Both the position numbers and the translations under genes were made by a program. The notes beneath the pieces were generated by a model. The model was not told where the DNA came from. It saw only the letters and a program-made list of their open reading frames with translations, and did not search any database. This document shows positions 7,311-15,919 of a stretch of DNA of 53,023 bases, piece by piece (within the stretch, counting starts at the first letter, position 1; each line of letters starts with the position of its first letter). The stretch is from Candidatus Micrarchaeota archaeon. Lineage in GTDB: Archaea; Micrarchaeota; Micrarchaeia; Anstonellales; Anstonellaceae. The stretch lies in contig JAOAKE010000003.1 of NCBI GenBank assembly GCA_026413805.1, positions 1 to 53,023 of the forward strand, written 5' to 3'.

Positions 7311-7979
7311 ATGAAGATAATAAAAGCACACAATTTTGGCAACCCACATGTCGGGCTTTTTGCCAAGGCATCTGACAGCTTGGCAGTCGTAGACGTTGCA
7401 TCATCCCCAAAGTTGCTTGCCTCGCTTGAAAAAACCAACGTCCCTCTTATTCGGGCGACATTTGGGGGCGGGGGCCTTTCAGGGATTTTTTTAGCCCTTA
7501 ATTCAAATGGCGCAGTGGTAAGCAGCCACTGTTCGCCCGAGGAAATACGTCTTTTGAAATCGCAGGGCATCAACGTGCTTTTGTCCCCGCCACAGTTTTC
7601 AGCCGCAGGAAACAACATTGCTGCAAATGACAAAGGGGCGGTGGTGAATCCCCAGCTTCCACGCAAGTTCATAGCGCAGGTTTCAGATTGCCTTGGGGTG
7701 GAGGCAGTGCCTATGAAGGTTGCAGGGTATTTGACAGTTGGCGCCTGCGTCCTTGCGACCAACAAGGGATTTGCTGCCCACAACCGCATAAGTGGGGAAG
7801 AGTTAAAAGAGCTTCATTCAATACTCCGTGTCAGCGGGGTAAACTGCACTGCAAACACAGGAGTGCCGTTTGTCCCAATATGCGCAGTTGCAAATTCCCA
7901 TTGCGCTATCGTAGGAGAATCTTCCACTGGCTTTGAGGTTGGAAGGCTGGCAGAGGCACTTGGATTTGAGCAGGGATAG
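7311..7979 (+). CDS. eif6: translation initiation factor 6 (aIF6)
   Basis: MKIIKAHNFGNPHVGLFAKASDSLAVV.. with the repeated pentein-like segments typical of IF6. 222 aa from the internal ATG. TAG stop. Confidence 0.9.
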   Translation: MKIIKAHNFGNPHVGLFAKASDSLAVVDVASSPKLLASLEKTNVPLIRATFGGGGLSGIFLALNSNGAVVSSHCSPEEIRLLKSQGINVLLSPPQFSAAGNNIAANDKGAVVNPQLPRKFIAQVSDCLGVEAVPMKVAGYLTVGACVLATNKGFAAHNRISGEELKELHSILRVSGVNCTANTGVPFVPICAVANSHCAIVGESSTGFEVGRLAEALGFEQG

Positions 7980-7987
7980 GTGGGAAG

Positions 7988-8317
7988 ATGAGCAGCATAA
8001 AATTTGAGGATTTTCTAAGGCTAGACTTGCGGGTTGGCACAGTGCTTTCTGCAAGAAAGGTGGCAGGAGCAGACAAGCTCTACCAGCTCGAAGTAGACAT
8101 CGGTCATGAAAAAAGGGCACTTGTAGCAGGGGTGGCAAAGGATTATTCTGAAAGCGAGCTAGTGGGCAGGCAGATAGTCGTAGTTGCAAATTTAGAGCCA
8201 AGGACAATCCGCGGCATAAGTTCTCAGGGCATGCTGCTTGCAGCAGAGGGCGAAAATGGAACGGTTTCAATCCTTCTTCCAGACAAAAAGGTGCCCAATG
8301 GCGCAAGGGTAAGATGA
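7988..8317 (+). CDS. tRNA-binding domain protein (Trbp111/CsaA/EMAP-like OB fold)
   Basis: ..DFLRLDLRVGTVLSARKV.GADKLYQLEVDIG.E.R.LVAGVAK.Y....LVGRQIVVVANLEPR.IRGI.SQGMLLAA.. Confidence 0.85.
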   Translation: MSSIKFEDFLRLDLRVGTVLSARKVAGADKLYQLEVDIGHEKRALVAGVAKDYSESELVGRQIVVVANLEPRTIRGISSQGMLLAAEGENGTVSILLPDKKVPNGARVR

Positions 8318-8336
8318 AGTTTAAGCGGTGGTGAAT

Positions 8337-8513
8337 ATGGCGAAATTTGTAGCAACCGGGTCTTTCAAATCCAAGGGAAAATCACGGAAATTTGAAAAGG
8401 TAGTGGAAGCCCCTTCTGAGAAGCTGGCAGCGGAAAAAGTCCTTGCCCTGCTCGGCTCAAACGCAGGAATTAAAAGGTCCGCAGTCAAGATAACCTCTAT
8501 TGAAAAGCTTTGA
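8337..8513 (+). CDS. rplX: 50S ribosomal protein LX (L18Ae/L20A family)
   Basis: A 58 aa protein, MAKFVATGSFKSKGK.RKFEKVVEA.SEK.A.EKV.A.LGS....KRS.VKI.SIE. It sits in the conserved position between aIF6 and prefoldin alpha. Confidence 0.75.
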   Translation: MAKFVATGSFKSKGKSRKFEKVVEAPSEKLAAEKVLALLGSNAGIKRSAVKITSIEKL

Positions 8514-8529
8514 TAGAGGGGTGGCGCTT

Positions 8530-8967
8530 ATGGACGAGGAAAAAGAACTTTCTTGGATATCTGGCCAGCTGGACATCCAGCAGGCGCGAGGCGAGTCTTT
8601 GCGCATGCAGATGCGCGACCTTGAAGCCAGCGTGCTAGAGATTAACTCAGCACTAGACGCCATCAACAACATAAAGAAGGCAAAGGGAGACACCTTGGTG
8701 CCAATCGGGGCTGGCGTTTACCTTTCATGCCCCAAGCCAGACACAGAGAAGGTGATACTAAACATCGGGGCAAGCGTGCTTGTCCAGAAGAAGCCAGACG
8801 AGGCAATCAAAATCCTTGAGGAAAGAAAAAGCAAGTTTGTCGAGGCAATTGACCAATTGCAAAATGAATTGGGGGCAGTTATAAGGGAGATTGAAAGCCT
8901 CAGCCAGCGAGCAAGCGTGATTGCAGCTGCAGAGGGGAAGAGGGATGTTCAATCTTCTAAAGAATAA
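8530..8967 (+). CDS. pfdA: prefoldin alpha subunit
   Basis: Coiled coil, then a beta hairpin (..TLVPIGAGVYLSC....EKVILNIGASVLV..), then another coiled coil. Conserved neighbourhood. Confidence 0.85.
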   Translation: MDEEKELSWISGQLDIQQARGESLRMQMRDLEASVLEINSALDAINNIKKAKGDTLVPIGAGVYLSCPKPDTEKVILNIGASVLVQKKPDEAIKILEERKSKFVEAIDQLQNELGAVIREIESLSQRASVIAAAEGKRDVQSSKE

Positions 8968-10087
8968 GCTTTCCAATTTTATCAAAGGGCTGGCTGGAAA
9001 GGAAGAAAAAAAGGAACCTGCGCCTACCCAAAAAGAAGGCGCAAAAGGCGAATCGGCAAAGCAGGCAGCTACGCCACCGCTTCCTCCTGATGAAAAAAGT
9101 GCGCAGCCACAGACAACAGCCAAAGAGGAAAAAGAAAAGGCAGAGGAACACCTGAAGCTTGTTGAAAAAAAGGTCTCAGCTGCAAAAAAAGAAATTGCGC
9201 CAAAGATAAGCCTTGGCACCGCCATCAAGTCTTTTTTTTCCGATGAAATAACCATAAGCGAGGCTGATGTTTCTGACCTATTAGGCGAGCTGGAGCTTTC
9301 TCTGATTGAGGCAGATGTTGCCTATGAAATAGCCGTTCAGATAAGCGAGGGAATAAAAAAAGAGCTTGTAGGAAAGCGCGTGCCAAAGGGTCAGGTTGAA
9401 AAGAGCACAAGGGAGGCAATCGAGAAAATACTAGTTTCACTCATGGAGAATGGAAAATGGTTTGACCTTCCCCAACGGGCAAAATCCTCGCCAAAACCTG
9501 TGAAAATATTGTTCATAGGGCCGAATGGCGCAGGCAAAACCACCACCATTGCCAAGGTTGCCAAGCTTTTGATGGGCGAAGGCCTCAGCGTTGTTTTTTC
9601 AGCCTCAGATACTTTCCGTGCAGCTGCAATAGAGCAGACAGAAGCCCATGCAAGCAGGCTCGGAATAAAAGTTGTAAAAAGCAAATACGGGGCAGACCCT
9701 GCCTCGGTGGCATTTGACGCAATAAATTATGCCAAAGCCCACAACATTGATGTTGTTTTGATTGATTCTGCTGGCAGGCAAGACACCAACACCAACCTAA
9801 TCCTTGAGCTTAAGAAAATAGTCCGGGTAGCAAAGCCAGACCTAAAAATTTATGTTGGTGAATCCATAGGAGGAAATGCCATGGTGGAGCAGATTCGCAC
9901 CTTCAACGAGGCAATAGGCCTTGACGGGGCAATCCTGACCAAGCTTGACTGCGATGCAAAAGGAGGTACAGCCATTTCTGTCGCAAAGACAGCCCATGTT
10001 CCCATACTTTATTTCGGGGTGGGGCAAGGCTATGGGGACTTAATCCCATTTGACGCCAAAAAAATAGCGCAAGATATAATGTCCTAA
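8945..10087 (+). CDS. ftsY: signal recognition particle receptor FtsY
   Basis: KE-rich N-terminal region followed by an NG domain with GPNGAGKTTTIAKVA, DTFRAAAIEQ, LIDSAGR and TKLD motifs. Confidence 0.95.
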   Translation: MFNLLKNKLSNFIKGLAGKEEKKEPAPTQKEGAKGESAKQAATPPLPPDEKSAQPQTTAKEEKEKAEEHLKLVEKKVSAAKKEIAPKISLGTAIKSFFSDEITISEADVSDLLGELELSLIEADVAYEIAVQISEGIKKELVGKRVPKGQVEKSTREAIEKILVSLMENGKWFDLPQRAKSSPKPVKILFIGPNGAGKTTTIAKVAKLLMGEGLSVVFSASDTFRAAAIEQTEAHASRLGIKVVKSKYGADPASVAFDAINYAKAHNIDVVLIDSAGRQDTNTNLILELKKIVRVAKPDLKIYVGESIGGNAMVEQIRTFNEAIGLDGAILTKLDCDAKGGTAISVAKTAHVPILYFGVGQGYGDLIPFDAKKIAQDIMS

Positions 10088-10099
10088 AAAGCGCCTTCC

Positions 10100-10795
10100 T
10101 TATTGCAAAGAGGCGTATCTTTCAACGCAGGGAATGGCCAGCCTGTAAGGCCCAATTTTTTTAACTATGCTTTGGTTTCCTATCTTTTCAACTACAAATA
10201 TTTCCATCTTTTCAAATTCCATATACCTGCCCTCTTCTCCTGTTGACAGGTCTTTGCAAACCGACTTGGGGCCATATTGTGCCCGTATCTCTAATTGCGA
10301 CACAACTCCAAAGCCAACCACTACCTCTTCGCCAGGAAACAAAAGCACGCGGCTGCTCTGCATTGCAAAGCCATTTCCTTTCGGGCGGGAGACATATGCA
10401 TTATAATCGCCATATCCGACATTTGCGTCAGGGCTGAAGTATTTGTAGCCACCTGAGCTGTCCACCTCTCCAAATGCAGTATTGTCCAGCTTTCCTTTGC
10501 TTCCAGCTTCTTGCTGCCTTATTGCCAGAAGCTCAATTGGGTGGTCCCCAGTGTTTTTCAGGCGCATTACAACATAATTTTCCCCATCTGAAAAAGGGGG
10601 CTCCATAGAGGCAGATGCCTCCACTATTGCAAGCGGCTTTTGTGTCAGCCAGAATAGCCGCGAGCGCTCAACTTCTTTTCCTTCTGTCACTGCGCCATAC
10701 AAGTATACGCTGATTAGCGCAAAGGCTACAATCAACACCGCTCCAAATATTATCATGTATTCTGTTGCAGTTTGTCCCTTTTTCCCTTTACCCAT
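10100..10795 (-). CDS. type IV pilin-like protein (class III signal peptide) with a ~190 aa globular domain
   Basis: From the internal ATG the protein begins MGKGKKGQTATEYMIIFGAVLIVAFALISV. This gives a basic n-region, G|Q cleavage context, Glu at +5 and a hydrophobic helix. Confidence 0.75.
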   Translation of the reverse strand: MGKGKKGQTATEYMIIFGAVLIVAFALISVYLYGAVTEGKEVERSRLFWLTQKPLAIVEASASMEPPFSDGENYVVMRLKNTGDHPIELLAIRQQEAGSKGKLDNTAFGEVDSSGGYKYFSPDANVGYGDYNAYVSRPKGNGFAMQSSRVLLFPGEEVVVGFGVVSQLEIRAQYGPKSVCKDLSTGEEGRYMEFEKMEIFVVEKIGNQSIVKKIGPYRLAIPCVERYASLQ

Positions 10796-10855
10796 AAAAC
10801 CATCGATTTCAATATGGCAGAAAACCAATATTAATGAGATGGGAGAAAACAATCT

Positions 10856-11905
10856 ATGCAGCCTGTTCTTTTCAGGGAGGAAGAGAAAAAAGACAAGGAA
10901 GGCAGGCATGTTGCTTTAGTTACCTTCCAGCCAATTGGCAATCCACTTGAAGGAATGGGCGAGCAAGAGCGCGCCTTGTTTTTTGACTCAATTTTCAGGC
11001 TGCTTAAAATGAGGCTTGTGGAAAACGTGGACTTGGCAAGGCAGGCTGCGGGAGAGAAGGTAGGTGCAGTTTCACTTGCCCGGCACCCAGCTCATTTTGT
11101 GGTTGAAAAGAGGCTGCGCCTTGCAAACAAAGCCACGAACGATAATTCTGAATTTGCCCAAAGGCACATTGCAGATGCCATCTTTGAGTATTCCCATGGG
11201 AGCGAATCGGTGGCTGCAGAGATTTTTGACGAATTCAAGTCTCGCCTAAAAAAGAGCGGCTATAAGGCTGACGACCTCATGGCAGTCCTGCTCTTGGTCA
11301 TAGAGGACCATGCAGCATCAAAGGAAGAGGCGCAGCCTCATGCAGGAGACAGTTCTTCTTCTGGTTCATTAGTCCCAAATACGCAGCATTCTGCTGAAGA
11401 AGCAGCGCCTGCAAAGCTCCTTCCACGCCAGCTTATAGAGTCTATCAAGTCAGCAAAAGAGGTTCGGCTCGCCTCAGTGCGCGAGATGCTGCGCTATTAT
11501 TACCAGCGCAACCCAAGGGAATTCCACCAAGCCCTCTGCCGCGTCCTTTCCATTTCAAAAGAAGAGGAGGGAGATTCCGAATACGTCCTTTCAAGGCTTC
11601 TTTCAGCCATCTCTGCCCTTGGAACTTTTGAAATCTCGCAGCGCATTCTTGCAGAGATAAAAAAGCAGGAAGAGATGGATGTGGTAAAATGCCTGCTTAA
11701 GATCGGCTATGTGGTTGATGGAGAAAAAAAGAAAATTATCTTCGGAAAGCGAACCTGCGGGAGCAGGCAGCAGGCAGCGCAGATATCCAACTTTATCCTT
11801 TCCCAGCTTGGCAAGAAGAAACTTGCAAGGAAGGACACCCGCCCAAGCAAGGAGGGGGTTAAGGGAGTCTCAGTTCAGCTGCGCAAACCGGCTGCTCGAG
11901 ATTGA
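10856..11905 (+). CDS. hypothetical protein (start uncertain)
   Basis: 349 aa ORF with no recognisable motif. Its 3' end overlaps the convergent pheT by 47 nt. Confidence 0.5.
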   Translation: MQPVLFREEEKKDKEGRHVALVTFQPIGNPLEGMGEQERALFFDSIFRLLKMRLVENVDLARQAAGEKVGAVSLARHPAHFVVEKRLRLANKATNDNSEFAQRHIADAIFEYSHGSESVAAEIFDEFKSRLKKSGYKADDLMAVLLLVIEDHAASKEEAQPHAGDSSSSGSLVPNTQHSAEEAAPAKLLPRQLIESIKSAKEVRLASVREMLRYYYQRNPREFHQALCRVLSISKEEEGDSEYVLSRLLSAISALGTFEISQRILAEIKKQEEMDVVKCLLKIGYVVDGEKKKIIFGKRTCGSRQQAAQISNFILSQLGKKKLARKDTRPSKEGVKGVSVQLRKPAARD

Positions 11906-13418
11906 AATTCACAAGCACCTGCGGGCTGATTTCCCCCATTCTTCCCAAAAGCCTCCCTTCGTGGTAAATCCCAGCGCATCTTCCCTCAATAAAAGAGGGG
12001 CTGCTTTCTTCTTTCAACTCTACAGGCAGGTCAAGCTCCTCAAAGAGCGCCAGCACCACCCCCTTTATCTCAGAAAAGCAAGCCCGAGGGTGCATGGAGG
12101 CAATGCATATCCTCTCTTCTTTGGATGGCGCATAGACGGGGCCGATTTCATAAACCTTAGCAGGAAGCTTTTCGTTTTTGCTTTCTGACAAAAGCGAAAG
12201 CAGGTTAGGAAGGATAGAGGTCCTAAACATGGTAAATTCAGAGGTAAGTGGGTTTTCTATTTCAACGCAATTTTCATGGCGTATTCCTGCCTTCTCCTCG
12301 GCCTCCTTGCTTGAAAGCGTCCAGGTAAGCGCCTCGCAAAAGCCAAGCCCAACCAGTATTTCGTGGCAGGAGGATGGGGGCTTTGAAGCGCCAAGCGAGT
12401 TAAATTCAGGGAGGATAGGCTCAAAGCGGTTAAATCCATAGGCAATTGCAACATCTTCTATCAAGTCCACTTCATTCATGATGTCGGCCCGGTAGCCAGG
12501 CACAAAAACCCAATTTCCTTCAATGCGATGGCCCATTTTCAAAAGAAGCTCCCCTACTTTGTTGTCTGAAAGCGGAATCCCAAGGAGCCTCTCGCTTTCT
12601 TTTGTGGGCAAGGGCCAGCGGCTTTCATGAAGGAGGGGATAGGGCTTGCCGTTTACCTTTGCCTCTTCAATCTCGCCTCCCCTGTCAGCGAGCATGGCAA
12701 CAAGGATATTCACAGTTTGCCGCACTGCTTCGCTGCTGGTGCCTGTGCAGTCAATGAACAGGTTGGTCGTCCTTTCAGTGAGCTTGGTCAATTCCCCATT
12801 TATTATCGGGGGAAAGGAGAGTACCTGGCGGCGGCTGTCCTCAATCATCGGGCATTTCTCCCCAACAAGGTGGGCATATTCCATCCCTTTCGGGTGCCTT
12901 CTGAGAATTTCAAGCGGGGTCATGCTCTCGCGTGATTCAAGGGGCACAAATCGGACATCTTCCTTGCCGCAGGCAAAATACCTAAACGGCGGGGCAACCC
13001 TGTCCAAGTCATGTATGCCAATAGCAACCTTCCTCCTCTTTCTCCCTATCGTCTCGTGCAGCTTCTCTTGAACCTGCATGAGGGAGCGCAAAAAGGAGTC
13101 AGTCATCTTTACGTTGCGCACAACAGCACAGCCAAAGGCAGGCCTAACCTCGCCAACAGAAGGCTCAACAAGGGTTTCAATCCTCGCCTCTCCTATCCTA
13201 TAATGCACAGGCTCCCTTTCTAAATAGCACTTGAGCACTCGCGCCAGGCCCTCTACGCAGAGGCAGTCTGGCCTGTTCGGGGTCACTTCAACTGTCAACT
13301 CCCCAGTTGGGAGCTTTTCTGCCGGGAATCCCAAGTTTGTTAGCAGTTCAATTGCCTCGCTTTCTTCTATCCTATAAAGTTCATATAGGTCCAAGAATGG
13401 GAAATTCACCTGCGCCAT
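11859..13418 (-). CDS. pheT: phenylalanine--tRNA ligase beta subunit (archaeal type)
   Basis: 519 aa. The N-terminus ..LTNLGFPAEK......EVTPNRPDCL..EGLAR.L, the B3/4 and B5 regions and the C-terminal catalytic-like fold are typical of archaeal PheT. Confidence 0.9.
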   Translation of the reverse strand: MAQVNFPFLDLYELYRIEESEAIELLTNLGFPAEKLPTGELTVEVTPNRPDCLCVEGLARVLKCYLEREPVHYRIGEARIETLVEPSVGEVRPAFGCAVVRNVKMTDSFLRSLMQVQEKLHETIGRKRRKVAIGIHDLDRVAPPFRYFACGKEDVRFVPLESRESMTPLEILRRHPKGMEYAHLVGEKCPMIEDSRRQVLSFPPIINGELTKLTERTTNLFIDCTGTSSEAVRQTVNILVAMLADRGGEIEEAKVNGKPYPLLHESRWPLPTKESERLLGIPLSDNKVGELLLKMGHRIEGNWVFVPGYRADIMNEVDLIEDVAIAYGFNRFEPILPEFNSLGASKPPSSCHEILVGLGFCEALTWTLSSKEAEEKAGIRHENCVEIENPLTSEFTMFRTSILPNLLSLLSESKNEKLPAKVYEIGPVYAPSKEERICIASMHPRACFSEIKGVVLALFEELDLPVELKEESSPSFIEGRCAGIYHEGRLLGRMGEISPQVLVNFNLEQPVCAAELRLP

Positions 13419-13442
13419 AATGAGAAATAGCCGCAGAACCTA

Positions 13443-14045
13443 TTAAACGCTTAGCCTGCTCTCCAGCTTGAATATGTCGCGCGAAACCATATCCACGGCC
13501 TTGGGGCTTTCCCTTGCTGGAAGCGGCAGGCTAGAAACCCAAACATCAAATGCAGAAAGACTCTCGTGCCTCATTTTTTCAATATTGAAGCAATTGAACG
13601 CCACATTCTCTAACACCAATTCAGAAAACTCAAAAAATTCTTCTGCTGAGGAGAACGCAGTTTCGTGCAGATAGGAGCTCTTAATTATCAGCTTGACCTC
13701 ATTTTTCAGGTTGTTCTTGTCTGCGACATAATTGGCAGTCTTAAGCATCTTAATAGCCGCCTTTCCATCTATCTCCTTCAGGATTGCATTTTTTTCGTTG
13801 ATTGAGGATATTCCAAGCAGCATGGCACCCACAAAGCTGAGGGCGAGCTTTTTTGCCAAATTGCCCTGCTCCTCCAAGGCCAGCTTGAGGTATTTCATTG
13901 CCTTTTCATAGGTTGCCTCTTTCTTTGCAATGGAATAAATCCTGTAAAGCATTTCCTCAGGCTCAAGGAGTCTACAATAGAAAGACAGCTTGCCGCTGCG
14001 CCGAGATTTTACAATCCTGGTTAGGTCCTTCTCCTTGAATTTCAC
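13443..14045 (-). CDS. hypothetical protein
   Basis: 200 aa ORF, visibly more AT-rich than its neighbours. No motif recognised. Confidence 0.45.
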   Translation of the reverse strand: MKFKEKDLTRIVKSRRSGKLSFYCRLLEPEEMLYRIYSIAKKEATYEKAMKYLKLALEEQGNLAKKLALSFVGAMLLGISSINEKNAILKEIDGKAAIKMLKTANYVADKNNLKNEVKLIIKSSYLHETAFSSAEEFFEFSELVLENVAFNCFNIEKMRHESLSAFDVWVSSLPLPARESPKAVDMVSRDIFKLESRLSV

Positions 14046-14064
14046 GCAATCACTTGCTTGGGGT

Positions 14065-14241
14065 TTAGATTATTTCTTCTACGAAATATTTTTTACCGCC
14101 TACTATTACTGATGGCGGCTCGGTTACAAAATAAGTCCTGCCTTTGAACTTCACTGAAGGGATGTCCTCAATTCTTACAAGTAGGCGTTCGCCCTTGCGC
14201 TCAAATGCCAATGAGAACCTTTCTTCTTCTTTTTCCACCAT
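14065..14241 (-). CDS. hypothetical 58 aa protein, below the ORF-track length cut-off
   Basis: ATG at 14241-14239 and TAA at 14067-14065. Translation is MVEKEEERFSLAFERKGERLLVRIEDIPSVKFKGRTYFVTEPPSVIVGGKKYFVEEII. A TATA-like box lies about 27 nt upstream, consistent with a leaderless transcript. Confidence 0.4.
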   Translation of the reverse strand: MVEKEEERFSLAFERKGERLLVRIEDIPSVKFKGRTYFVTEPPSVIVGGKKYFVEEII

Positions 14242-14263
14242 ATTTTATTTTATACAACAAAGT

Positions 14264-14277
14264 ATATTTAAATATTG
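14264..14277. promoter_or_regulatory. AT-rich TATA-like element in a divergent intergenic region
   Basis: TATATTTAAATATT lies about 27 nt from ATG 14241 on the minus strand. A second box, TTTTTAAATG (14333-14342), precedes aIF5A. Confidence 0.35.
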
Positions 14278-14389
14278 TGGTAAAAAAAGGACTAATGTAA
14301 TTTATACAAGCCGGCCTGTTTTTGGTAGGTATTTTTAAATGATTCCAAGCAATTAAGCAACGCCCAATTTCTAAAATGAAGGTGGTTTC

Positions 14390-14779
14390 TTGGAAAAGAT
14401 ATTCTCTTCAGCAAAGGACCTAAAAGAGGGAAAATACGTAATAATTGAGGGAATTCCATGCAAAATTGTTAGCATTGATTCTTCCAAACCAGGCAAGCAC
14501 GGAGCTGCAAAAATGCGTGTTACAGGGATAGGGGTGTTTGACGGGCAGAAAAAACAGCTTCTTGTGCCCTCTGATGCTGATGTTGAAGTGCCGATAATTG
14601 AGCGGCAAACCGCCCAAATAGTCTCAGTAAGCGGGGGCACTGCCCAGCTCATGGACACTACTACCTATGAGGTGTTTGAGCTGACAATCCCACCAGAGCT
14701 TTCAAACGAGGCAGCGGCAGGCAAGGAGGCAGAGCTTCTCTGTGCCATGGGAAAAAAGGCTATAATCAGGATAAGGTAA
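14390..14779 (+). CDS. eif5a: translation initiation factor 5A (aIF5A)
   Basis: ..GKYVIIEGIPCKIVSIDSSKPGKHGAAKMRVTGIGVFDG.K contains the hypusine-site motif SKPGKHG. TTG start, 5 nt after GGTGG. No in-frame ATG or GTG is available after the upstream stop at 14372. Confidence 0.9.
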   Translation: MEKIFSSAKDLKEGKYVIIEGIPCKIVSIDSSKPGKHGAAKMRVTGIGVFDGQKKQLLVPSDADVEVPIIERQTAQIVSVSGGTAQLMDTTTYEVFELTIPPELSNEAAAGKEAELLCAMGKKAIIRIR

Positions 14780-14791
14780 GAGGGGCTGAAT

Positions 14792-15109
14792 ATGGAAGTT
14801 ATCGTAAAAGAGAGGCGCGAAAACCCTGCGCTTTCCCGCACCGAGCTTGCATGTGAAGTTTCATTTGAAAAGAGCGTTCCGTCGCGAAAGCAGCTGCGCG
14901 AGGCAATCTGCGCTGCAACTGGCTTCCCGCCAGAGGCATTTGTAATAATCTCGGTAAAAGGGGAGTTTGGGACACACTCTGCATTTGTCAGGGCACATGC
15001 TTACAAAAACAAGGAAGCAATGAAAATAGAGCGCAAATACCTCCTTGTGCGGGACGGCCTCATTGAAAAGCAGGCAAAGGCAAAAGAGGCAAAAGCAGCC
15101 AAAAAATAG
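14792..15109 (+). CDS. rps24e: 30S ribosomal protein S24e
   Basis: MEVIVKERRENPALSRTELACEVSFEKSVPSRKQLREAI....G.......I......FG...........Y matches the S24e pattern. Confidence 0.85.
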   Translation: MEVIVKERRENPALSRTELACEVSFEKSVPSRKQLREAICAATGFPPEAFVIISVKGEFGTHSAFVRAHAYKNKEAMKIERKYLLVRDGLIEKQAKAKEAKAAKK

Positions 15110-15121
15110 GGAGTGGTGTTA

Positions 15122-15268
15122 ATGGCTGAGCAAAAGCAAAAACAGGCAAAGTCTGTAAAAAAATATTCGCCAAAGAAGGCCTGCCCAAAGTGCGGGCCGG
15201 GGGTGCGGCTGGCAGAGCATTCTGACAGGCGCGCCTGTGGAAAGTGCGGCTATTTTGAGAAAAAATAG
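15122..15268 (+). CDS. rps27ae: 30S ribosomal protein S27ae (zinc ribbon); below the ORF-track cut-off
   Basis: 48 aa: [48 protein letters not shown], with a CPKC..CGKC ribbon. It follows S24e as in most archaea. TAG stop. Confidence 0.85.
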   Translation: MAEQKQKQAKSVKKYSPKKACPKCGPGVRLAEHSDRRACGKCGYFEKK

Positions 15269-15274
15269 CCCGCG

Positions 15275-15919
15275 ATGCAGAGTGAATCTGTGAGGGACAG
15301 GCACCTGCTTTATCCTTTGTTTCTCCTTGCAGCAGCCTTCTTTTTTTTCCCACCTAAAAATATTGAATTGAGCCTCCTTTATCATGGGCTTGCCTTCCTT
15401 TTCCTCTCGCTTTTTCTCTCATCGCAAGGAAAAGGCATGGCGCATGCCTTGGGATACCTCCGCCTAGCCCCTGAAAAGCGCAAGCTTCCCTTTCTTGTGC
15501 TTGCAGGCATTCTCACAGCTGCATTTTCATTCGCCCTCTCCTTTTTGTTTTCTGCCTTTTTGCAGTCATTTGGCATAAATGACGCATCAGCAGTACAAGA
15601 TAAAATCAAGCACCTCTCCTTTTTCGGCGTGGTCTTGGCATTTACGCTGGCTCCGCTTGGCGAGGAGGCCTTTTTCAGGGGCTATCTGCTGAGGAAGTTG
15701 GCTGACAAGACAGGCTCTTTTTTCCTCGGGGCCATTTTGTCCTCCATGCTATTTGGCGCTGTGCATTTTGCCTATGGCTCAGTGGCTGAGATTGCAGTGG
15801 CATTTGCAATAGGCATTTTTCTCTGCCTTGCCACCCGCCTTTTTAACTCCCTTGTCCCTGCCATAGTGGCGCATTCTATTTTTAACTTGGCCTCGCTATT
15901 ATTGATGCTATATTTATGA
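15275..15919 (+). CDS. CPBP family intramembrane metalloprotease (CAAX/Abi-like)
   Basis: Multi-pass membrane protein with the motifs ..PLGEEAFFRGYL.., ..MLFGAVHF.. and ..VAHSIFN... Confidence 0.8.
   Translation: MQSESVRDRHLLYPLFLLAAAFFFFPPKNIELSLLYHGLAFLFLSLFLSSQGKGMAHALGYLRLAPEKRKLPFLVLAGILTAAFSFALSFLFSAFLQSFGINDASAVQDKIKHLSFFGVVLAFTLAPLGEEAFFRGYLLRKLADKTGSFFLGAILSSMLFGAVHFAYGSVAEIAVAFAIGIFLCLATRLFNSLVPAIVAHSIFNLASLLLMLYL

Noticed and set aside
7025-7789. 254 aa minus-strand ORF, plus related ORFs at 6931-7242 and 7131-7349
   Set aside because: It lies antisense to L31e and aIF6, both of which have clear family signatures. Its low-complexity F/L/S-rich translation is the mirror image of the KE-rich tail codons.
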